Positions 12,646 to 22,800 of a DNA stretch of 33,603 bases are shown here, piece by piece. Location: the NCBI GenBank assembly GCA_032718475.1, contig JAUCBJ010006047.1, positions 1-33,603 of the forward strand, read 5' to 3'. Made by a program: the position numbers and the translations under genes. The stretch's first letter is position 1; every line of letters starts with the position of its first letter. Origin of the DNA: Nemertoderma westbladi (lineage: Eukaryota > Animalia > Xenacoelomorpha). The notes beneath the pieces were generated by a model. That model did not search any database, was not told where the DNA came from, and was given only the letters and a program-made list of their open reading frames with translations.

Positions 12646-15600
12646 AACTACCTAACTAACACCAACACGTTAAATTAATATACTAACACCAATTACCTAA
12701 CAAACATCAACACCTTACATTATTATACAAACACCAACTACCTAACTAACACCAACACCTTACAGTATTATACAAACACCAACTATCTAACTAACACCAA
12801 CACCATACATTATTATACTAACACCAACTACCTAACAAACACCAACACCTTACAGTATTATACAACAAAAACTACCTAACTAACACTTTAACACCTTAAA
12901 GTATTATACAAACACCAACTACCTATCAAACACCAACACCTTACATTATTATACAAACACCAACTACCTAACAAACACCACCTTACATTATTATACTAAC
13001 ACCAACTACCTAACTAACACCAACACCTTACATTATTATACAAACACCAACTACCTAACTAACACCAACACATTAAATTATTATACAAACACCAACTATC
13101 TAACTAACACCAACACCTTACATTATTATACAAACACCAACTACCTAACTAACACCAAAACATTAAATTATTATACAAACACCAATTACCTATCAAACAC
13201 CAACACCTTACATTATTATACTAACACCAACTACCTAACTAACACCAACACCTTACATTATTATACAAACACCAACTACCTAACTAACACCAACACCTTA
13301 CATTATTATACTAACACCAACTATTTAACTAACACCAACACCATACATTATTATACAAACACCAATTACCTATCAAACACCAACACCTTACATTATTATA
13401 CAAACACCAACTACCTAACAAACACCACCTTACATTATTATACAAACACCAACTACCTAACTAACACCAACACCTTACATTATTATACTAACACCAACTA
13501 CCTAACAAACACCAACACCTTACAGTATTATACAACAAAAACTACCTAACTAACACTTTAACACCTTAAAGTATTATACAAACACCAACTACCTATCAAA
13601 CACCAACACCTTACATTATTATACAAACACCAACTACCTAACAAACACCACCTTACATTATTATACTAACACCAACTACCTAACTAACACCAACACCTTA
13701 CATTATTATACAAACACCAACTACCTAACTAACACCAACACATTAAATTATTATACAAACACCAACTATCTAACTAACACCAACACCTTACATTATTATA
13801 CAAACACCAACTACCTAACTAACACCAACACCTTACATTATTATACTAACACCAACTATTTAACTAACACCAACACCATACATTATTATACAAACACCAA
13901 TTACCTATCAAACACCAACACCTTACATTATTATACAAACACCAACTACCTAACAAACACCACCTTACATTATTATACAAACACCAACTACCTAACTAAC
14001 ACCAACACCTTACATTATTATACAAACACCAACTACCTAACTAACACCAACACCTTACATTATTATACAAACACCAACTACCTAACAAACACCAACACCT
14101 TACATTATTATACTAACACCAACTACCTAACAAACACCAACACCTTACAGTATTATACAACAAAAACTACCTAACTAACACTTTAACACCTTAAAGTATT
14201 ATACAAACACCAACTACCTATCAAACACCAACACCTTACATTATTATACAAACACCAACTACCTAACAAACACCACCTTACATTATTATACTAACACCAA
14301 CTACCTAACTAACACCAACACCTTACATTATTATACAAACACCAACTACCTAACTAACACCAACACATTAAATTATTATACAAACACCAACTATCTAACT
14401 AACACCAACACCTTACATTATTATACAAACACCAACTACCTAACTAACACCAAAACATTAAATTATTATACAAACACCAATTACCTATCAAACACCAACA
14501 CCTTACATTATTATACAAACACCAACTACCTAACTAACACCAACACCTTACAGTATTATACAAACACCAACTATCTAACTAACACCAACACCATACATTA
14601 TTATACTAACACCAACTACCTAACAAACACCAACACCTTACAGTATTATACAACAAAAACTACCTAACTAACACTTTAACACCTTAAAGTATTATACAAA
14701 CACCAACTACCTATCAAACACCAACACCTTACATTATTATACAAACACCAACTACCTAACAAACACCACCTTACATTATTATACTAACACCAACTACCTA
14801 ACTAACACCAACACCTTACATTATTATACAAACACCAACTACCTAACTAACACCAACACATTAAATTATTATACAAACACCAACTATCTAACTAACACCA
14901 ACACCTTACATTATTATACAAACACCAACTACCTAACTAACACCAAAACATTAAATTATTATACAAACACCAATTACCTATCAAACACCAACACCTTACA
15001 TTATTATACTAACACCAACTACCTAACTAACACCAACACCTTACATTATTATACAAACACCAACTACCTAACTAACACCAACACCTTACATTATTATACT
15101 AACACCAACTATTTAACTAACACCAACACCATACATTATTATACAAACACCAATTACCTATCAAACACCAACACCTTACATTATTATACAAACACCAACT
15201 ACCTAACAAACACCACCTTACATTATTATACAAACACCAACTACCTAACTAACACCAACACCTTACATTATTATACAAACACCAACTACCTAACTAACAC
15301 CAACACCTTACATTATTATACAAACACCAACTACCTAACAAACACCAACACCTTACATTATTATACTAACACCAACTACCTAACTAACACCAACACCTTA
15401 CATTATTATACAAACACCAACTACCTAACTAACACCAACACCTTACATTATTATACAAACACCAACTATCTAACTAACACCAACACCATACATTATTATA
15501 CTAACACCAACTACCTAACAAACACCAACACCATACAGTATTATACGACAAAAACTACCTAACTAACACTTTAACACCTTAAAGTATTATACAAACACCA

Positions 15601-15783
15601 ACTACCTAACAAATACAAACACCTTGCTTTATTATACGAACACCAACTACCTAACTAATACCAACACATTAAATTATTATACAAACACCAATTACCTAAC
15701 TATCACCTATCATTATGATACAAACACCAACCACATCAACACCAACACCAACACCTTACTTTATTATACTAGCACCAACACCA
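12646..15783. repeat. 45-bp A/C-rich satellite, right part
   Basis: Same unit as 7123-10563, resuming in register after the LINE tail and decaying just before the splice acceptor at 15811. Confidence 0.97.
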
Positions 15784-15811
15784 ATCAGCTACAATTACTA
15801 TGTTTCTGCAG

Positions 15812-16110
15812 CTTTGTTTGTCCGGAATCCGACCATTTCCTGTGTCCGGGACCGGACCATCTCTGTATTCCCACTGACAACGTCTGCGACGGGTTCTGGC
15901 ACTGCCCTTGGCCCACAGAGTGCCTCACCCTTGACGGCAACCATTGTACTGCTACTGCCGACGAGAGGAATTGCCAGTCTGTCCCCTGTCCGGAGGGCCA
16001 GTTCCAATGCGCCACTGGTGCCGGTACAGATCGATGTATCCCTATGAGTCATGTTTGCGATAAGGATTTCGATTGTAATGATGGTAGCGATGAATTAGAC
16101 TGTGATACAG
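15812..16110 (+). CDS. Internal coding exon of a host gene, two LDL-receptor class A repeats
   Basis: Acceptor tgtttctgcAG (15811), donor cag|GTGACT (16111). Encodes CPESDHFLC...CIPTDNVCDG...DERNC and CPEGQFQC...CIPMSHVCDKDFDCNDGSDELDC. Confidence 0.9.
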
Positions 16111-16258
16111 GTGACTATATAATGCGTCAATCATAGTGTAATAGTTATTATTGATATTTTGAATACTCTTACTGATTAGGCCTATGTAATAATGTGTAAT
16201 AATATGATTTTTTTCAGAAGTGGAAAAAGTGAGAAAGCGCGTCAACGGGGGTTGATCC

Positions 16259-16304
16259 AGCGCTATACGTACGTATCGGCCCAACAAGCCTCATTAGTAG
16301 CGCT
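16259..16304 (-). ncRNA. Degenerate type I hammerhead ribozyme (core changes G5A, A14U)
   Basis: Minus strand reads AGCGCUA-CUaAUGA-GGCUU guu GGGCC-GAuA-C GUAC G-UA-UAGCGCU. Confidence 0.8.
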
Positions 16305-16555
16305 AACCAACTCAGCCACTTAACCATAATATTACACCTTTAATTACAGATGCAACAGCTCACCTATTTATTTAATTAATATCACCTGGCAGCAATACTC
16401 GAGCTGAATATTTATTTATTTGTACTTTCCTCCTGTTTCACTCTAGCATACTTGAGGCCGGTAGGTCCGCTGTTAGAGATTGAATATATCTGCCCGTTCA
16501 ATAGAAGTTGATTAGGTGGGAGTGTGAGTGTCAGGGGCTAGTGGCTGAGCTGGTT

Positions 16556-16601
16556 AGCGCTACTGATGAGGCCTGTTAGGCCGAAACGTACGTATAGCGC
16601 T
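16556..16601 (+). ncRNA. Minimal type I hammerhead ribozyme, predicted cleavage after GUA (16594)
   Basis: Stem I AGCGCUA/UAGCGCU; core CUGAUGA (16563-16569); stem II GGCCU-guu-AGGCC; GAAA (16583-16586); minimal stem III AC-GUAC-GU; GUA triplet. Confidence 0.92.
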
Positions 16602-17412
16602 GGTTCAACCCCCGGTGACGCGCTTGCTCATTTTTTCCACTTCTGAAAAAGACCATATTATTACACCTTTAATTACAATTGCAACAGATCGTCTCCAATT
16701 TATGTAATAATAACCTGCCACTTTAATACGTTCATGTTGCCTTCCAGCAGGACGCAGTTAGCAAACTTATCCTTCGGGTAGGCCTACCATTATATCAACC
16801 GTCTAGTGGGAGAGTTGAGTCAAAGTTAAATTTCTAACTTTCGACAGATTAAATGTGTAGCAAGTCGGTTAAATTTCATCAGAATTGACGGAGTTATTAT
16901 CCTTTCTGTACATTTGCCGATAGACAGACTGACCGAACGACCGACCAAACCTCCTTTTCAAAGCTTTAATTACTTTAAAATTCCTAATTTATGTGATAAA
17001 GACATACTGTACTGTACACTTTTATAACATAAGAATTTTAGTTAAATTTTTTTCGAGTTTTCGTTGGTTTCTTGTGAAAGAGGGATAGTCATAAAACCCG
17101 AAAACAACGAAATAGACGAAATCATCAACGAAAATATCGAATTTATCAAACAATCTACAAAATCTCGCTTTCCAGTACGATAGGTATTATTATAAGTCTC
17201 ACTTTACATTTTTTATTTATTTAATAAAATCCGATAATTTCGCCCCATTTTCGACCTTAAAAGTAATTTAATACCAACTACTCTGTGCTGGTTGGTTGTT
17301 GGGTGTTGACCTATCTATGGCGGCTTGGATGAATCAATTCAGTATCAGCTCGCTCAGCAGATAAGTGTAGGCATACTGGTGTATTACAAGCAACGCGTAC
17401 TATATACACGAA

Positions 17413-17936
17413 GTGGGGACTTCGCGCAGCACGAAGTTGGCGAAGCCTTAGCGAATTGACACTGTTAGGGGGTGGGTCAATTTATGCAAATAGTTGTCGT
17501 CGTTAGTTGTTTTCACTTTCAGACCTTTGGCCCTCTAGCGGCAGACTGGAGAACTGCAGATGGATTCGCCTCCTTTGAAAGTCACAGCTAATGGTCTAAT
17601 ACATATCTGCCAAGTTTCAGCTTAAACGGATTAAAAGCAAAGAAATGGGAGGGCATTTAATGTTTAGACATGTGGCCCTCTAGCGGGAGACCATTGCACT
17701 GATGGTGTCTGAAAGTCTCTCAAAAATCTCAACTTTTGCTCATATTGATACCTACAAATTTTCAACTTGGCAGCTTTAAATCCGACAAAGTTATTAGCAT
17801 GTCAAAATCGTAACGACGACGACGACGACAACGACGACGACGACAACGACGACGACGACAACTATTTGCATAAATTGACCCACCCCCTAACAGTGTCAAT
17901 TCGCTAAGGCTCCGCCAACTTCGTGGCTCGCCCCAC
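17413..17936. mobile_element. Non-autonomous element with ~74-bp near-perfect inverted repeats and an internal (GAC/CAAC)n microsatellite
   Basis: 17430-17503 versus 17852-17925 with a single mismatch; weaker extension gtgggg/ccccac; microsatellite 17812-17860. Confidence 0.85.
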
Positions 17937-19680
17937 AAGGCCATGCCATCGAGTGAATTGGGGGCGGTGACGGTATTACTGTGATAGCTATCTGTCGTCG
18001 TATCTAGTGTTTTAGATGGGTTTAGTTAGTAATTTCGACACTGGTTCCGACATCCTACTTCCTACTATAAATATTTTGTAGTAGCTGGTTATTGTGACTA
18101 TTTGTATAGAAAATGTTCCAGAACAAGTTCTATTCATTTTTAAAAAAAATTATGTTCTAGAACAAATATTTTTTATTCTTGATAAGTCCAGTAGTATACC
18201 GACTACCGGATCCTAGTAACGAAGTAACTTACTGTAGAATCCAGCAGTGTATACGTGCTCGTACAGTATCTGACAGAAATCCCAGTCCAGGGTGTCTAAA
18301 TAAACAGATACAAAGTACACAAACTACTACTGGCGAGGAACGGAGCCTGATGTCTCTTCTATTACTTGGGCGAATCAAATGCCCGGGCTAACTAGAAAAC
18401 AGGATACCCGGCCTCTAACCGGTGATGCAGATGTACAGTCTACAGATACAGACCAAACTCAAGGGAAAACAATCACCGTGTAGCGAATCCTACCTATCGC
18501 TAATGGACCTAAAATACTGTAAACTTACCGTGGTGTGATTTATATGGGCATAATACAAGCTAGCGGGTCAACAAGACTAGCGTAAAACAATACTGCCGAC
18601 AGGAAAATAGCAGTCAAAAGGGGTGCCTCTAATGTCATAGTAAAACAAATACTAAATACCTCCTCAAATAATAGAATATTCTTACCGTAAGCTTAGGTAG
18701 TTTTGATCTCAAGACGCGTGTGTGTGTGTTACGAATAAAAAAATTTTTGTGAATCGCTGTTATACTAGGTTTTGGCGATTTTAACAAAATAACAATACCG
18801 GGCGCTAGCTTCTCGAATAAGCTAGTCGCACGCTGTAGGCACAATACTTACAAACTGTCGTCAAAAGGGCTCTCTCCTTCTTCATTCACAATTGCATTTC
18901 GCAATTACGGTGTTAGTAACTACACCCGTGATCGGCACTAATACCAGATTCTGATTGTGAGATAAGGATATAGGTGTTAATTTACTACTACCGTACCTCT
19001 AGCTGATCTGGTATACAAATTTATTTTAGAACTTTGTTACTGCGGTGGTTAGCAGTAAATACCTATCAGTACGTGGCAAGGGCGCAGTAGGATGTTAGTA
19101 AACCTCCCTAAGCCAAACATGTACCGGTAGCAGAAAGCTGCCTCTTGCCTGATCAAATACTTTGGAATCAGACAGGTCAGTCAAACTATAAGGCCTCCAG
19201 AGCTAACCGGTACTGTACTGTCAGTACTGCAAATCACCAAATTATAGAGCGTGCTATTCGCACCTAAGTGTACTTGCGTGTACTGACGAACAGCAACCGC
19301 TCGCACCTGTAGGAGATACAGGTTTACCCGGGTTTTTCCCTGTCTGAATCTGAGGTATTTAATCCTAAATTTTACAGTGTCCCAGGATGGCGTCACGCTT
19401 TACCATGATCTAAAGGTCTTACGGTGGGCAAGGGCGTCAAACAAAGTCTTACCTTCCTCTGATGTGGGCGTTCTTAGGCTATGAGGCATACTTCCGAATG
19501 GGCGTGGGCGAAGATAATGTGGGCTCTCTAATGTGTCGTGGACATCCCTCCCCCTTGCATTGCTGAGGCCTAACGGTTTAGGCAGCCATTCCCCGAAGCG
19601 TTTGGCTGTCTCAAGATAGCACCCCATTGGCTTATCTAACTTAATGATACCGAAAATATAATAACCCAAAATACAAATTT

Positions 19681-19751
19681 ACCGACCCAGATTCGAACCC
19701 CTGACCTACTTATAATGTAAGCCATGCCTTAACCTACTCGACCACTGCGCC
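19681..19751 (-). ncRNA. tRNA-derived Pol III unit (tRNA pseudogene or SINE-head-like)
   Basis: ggcgcagTGGTCGAGTAGGttaaggc...aggGGTTCGAATCtgg gives an A box and B box at tRNA spacing, with TTTT about 10 nt downstream. Acceptor and T stems pair poorly, so no isotype is assigned. Confidence 0.6.
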
Positions 19752-21427
19752 AATAGAAACCCAAGTGAAATTATAACTATTGTAGGTAATAGGCAAATTA
19801 CAACAACTACAAATCAAGGAAAATACGTCAGATTTTGAAATTTTTTTACGTAGTACTATAAATATCTACTTAACAGTGAAATAATCCCACACCGCTCCAT
19901 GAAAACAGTAAGTAAGACTGTTTTCACCAATCGAAATACAAAACTAATAACTAAAATATTTCTAAATCTATTTTAGGGCCTAAAATATAAAATAATCACT
20001 GCTTAAATCTTATTGCATACTAGATATTGCGGGTACTGCGTAAATATAAAACCTTCGTATATACATACATACAAATACGGATATTACTATCTAATATTAT
20101 CAAGGCTTAGTGCATAAAATATAAAAAAAAACTCTTCAATTATCCAAAATTAAACAAATTAAGACAAATAATTTCAAACCTTTCATAATAATACATAATA
20201 TAATATTACAAATATACGTAATATAATTGCATAATATAATTCAATTCAAATAAATCAAAACACCATAAGAGCAAAATAAGTCTTAAAGTGTCCTCCTGAT
20301 GATCTTAAAAGTTCATCCTGCTGGTCTCAAGATGTCATCTCCTGAGCGCTAATCGCTAATGGTAGGCTCGCAAGCCTTCGTTTCTCCATAATCTTGCTCT
20401 TTAATGCCAACGGTAGGCTCGCAAGCCTTCCTTCCTCCGCCTCGCTCCTCAATGGTTTGTTGAACGAGCTCGACCTCGCCCTCTAAGACGATTGGGTGGC
20501 GGTCGAGATCGAACTGGGCTCGGGCTCCTACGCCGAGTTGTCTGCGGTTCCAAAACGCTAGGAAAGGGAATGACTGGCGTCTTGCACATCTGTCGGGTGC
20601 TCAATACTCTAAATCCTCGTCCGATCCCAATCATTCGCTTAGTAGGATCGGGTGGAACCTCTGCGACGCTGGGCTGAGTTTGTGGGGCGAAACCAATCCG
20701 TCCGCTGATACCTCACTCTCCGACGTCGTTTGAACCCTCATGGGTTCGGGCAATGTGAATCCTGCCCCTCCAGGCTGTTCGCTAGGAAGGGAAACGGTGC
20801 CTCGGGTCATCCGGATCTGTGACTTGGAAGTCGCCCGCTCGGCGACATTTACCACTTTCTTTATTTCTTGTCCGGCCTTTTGTGCTTAAAGTCTACGAAA
20901 TTGCGCGTCCTCTTGGGGGTGGCGTATTATCTCGGGCAACGGTGTTGCTTTAAAATCGGTTTCGCGCAAGACATCTGCCTCGTCCAATATACATGAGGTC
21001 ACGCGTTTGTGGTAGAATGCGCTCCAATAAGCCCAAGCAATCGAATGCCAGGCTCCCCGATTCCGCTGTTCGACTCGCAGTTTGTTGAACTCTCCAGCGG
21101 TTATCCTGTTCACCACGGTTTGAAAGTTCCATGTATTCTTGTTATCCGGGTGAACCTGTAGGAAATAGTCCCGCACGACCTTGAAGCCGCTATCCAATGG
21201 CAATATGTCGAGCACCTCCAACTGTTCGTCGTACTGAGGCATATAGCTGACACGTACCCTTCTTTCAACATTATAAGAGGGTTGCTGGCCCAGAATCCCA
21301 TGTGCGCTCTCATGGGGAAACGTCGTCGCTGCGTCGACACATGCTCATCAGCTAAATCTTCCCAATGGTCAAATAGCTGTCGTGTGATCTTAACTGACAT
21401 ATGCTCATAGGGAACATCTCAGAGTTG

Positions 21428-21607
21428 GCACTCTGACGCCCTATGTCCTTTGATGTTACAGTAGGTACACTGAGCCACAAAGCGCCAACAGGTGTAGAAA
21501 GTGTGGGACCATTGATCCCCACACCAGTTACATACTAGGTCTGGTAGAGAGATGTGTTTTGCTCCACATTTCTTGGCGTGATGCCCTGTAGCCCCGCATC
21601 TGCTGCA
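21428..21607 (-). pseudogene. Three tandem CCHC zinc knuckles
   Basis: CSRCGATGHHAKKC, CNWCGDQWSHTFYTC, CTYCNIKGHRASEC. Confidence 0.85.
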
Positions 21608-22189
21608 AATGGTGTTGGCAGGGTACCAAACGCGTTCATAGATGAGGTCTCCTATAGGGCGAGCGCTACCATCCATATGATAGTCTTCATCATCGGGATC
21701 AGTCAGTACGTTCGCCTCCGTGGGTTGCACACAAACCATGGCGTTGCTCTTCTCAAGCTCGCGGATCTCGGTTCGCCTCTTCCTCGGAAGATTCTCCTCT
21801 ATCTCTATAAGTAGCCGCAATGGCTCGTCGATTATTGCGGACTCGGTCGGATCCTCATCAGGATTATGAGCGTTAGGCGCGTGCGCCTTCCATGATCCTT
21901 CCGGATGCATGGCATTCCCCGTCATAGGGTACTAACGTCAACATCGACGGTCTGTCAATGAGACTTCCCGCGTGGGTGAGATAAACGTCGCGAAAAACGC
22001 TGAATCCCACGCGCGTGAAAACTTCACAGTGGGCGTCGGTGTTAGAAAATGGTTGGACGAATCGTCAAAACACGTCCATATGCGTCCTCCCTCCCTCATA
22101 AATTGTATGTCCCTCGCCGAGACATAACGGGTGTCGCTTAATAGTCCTAGACACTATATCGGCGATGAAACATACATTTACCGATGATT

Positions 22190-22800
22190 CTATCGCCAAA
22201 TAGTACTGCAAGATTATCCGCGGAGGTGAGGTAATCGCCCAATATACACATCCTCGCCATTTTAACTATGACTCAAACTCGTTAATGTTGGGGGTTTCTC
22301 CCTCGCCGTATACATCTGTGTATTTGCTCCTCTTACTCTCCTTGTAATCCCAACTGAACATAAGGTATGAGATATAACTGGTTCCAGTTTTGAGTGTATT
22401 ATACTCCTGGAAATATCCTTGCTCTATAGCCAAGAGCATCAATGGTGTAGTGTCCACATAAGGCGTAGGCAATCGATCCTCCTCCTCGGGCATCCCAGCG
22501 AAGTCGCTAATAAGGTCCTCCCGTATACCGGATCCGATCTTGACGATACTCCTGTTGAGTACGACGTTACACACGGCCTTTGGTAACATCCTAGCTTCTA
22601 TATTACAAGCTAGGTCCATGGATTTTACTATCCGCTTTATAAAAGCGTGTCGTTGTGTCGTCCCCTCCGGCATCGGCATCTCACGGTCACTCCGCTGTTG
22701 GCTGAAGACATGCAGCACTCCATCTGGTGCTCGAATTTGTATGGTTTTCGAAGTGAGGCTCTGCTGGTGGCTCCCTCCTTCGATGTCATAGAAAATATAT
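22190..22800 (-). pseudogene. DEDDy (WRN/RNase D/Mut-7-like) 3'-5' exonuclease domain
   Basis: ExoI IFYDIEG followed by TIQI; ExoII LPKAVCNVVLNRSIVKIGSGIREDL; YVDT; a frameshifted ExoIII-like W...ILQYYLAIE near 22190-22250. Confidence 0.75.

Larger units (their letters stand above)
16193..16730. mobile_element. Retrozyme/Penelope-pLTR-like non-coding repeat: ~329-bp unit plus inverted hammerhead-bearing arm
   Basis: 16193-16320 is the reverse complement of 16540-16666. accata(a/t)tattacacctttaattaca..tgcaacag is directly repeated at 16323 and 16652. Confidence 0.7.

Noticed and set aside
15624-15811. Satellite-encoded N-terminus fused to the LDLa repeats
   Set aside because: Non-ATG start inside the array, and a good splice acceptor at 15811 explains the exon.
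17762-17944. Arg/Cys-rich protamine-like ORF
   Set aside because: Translation of the (GAC)n microsatellite.
18113-18165. Heat-shock elements (ttccagaa, ttctagaa)
   Set aside because: Only two pentamers in register at each site and no linked promoter.
20296-20310. Other CTGATGA heptamers (here and near 26750) as hammerheads
   Set aside because: No stem II followed by GAAA and no closing stem I.
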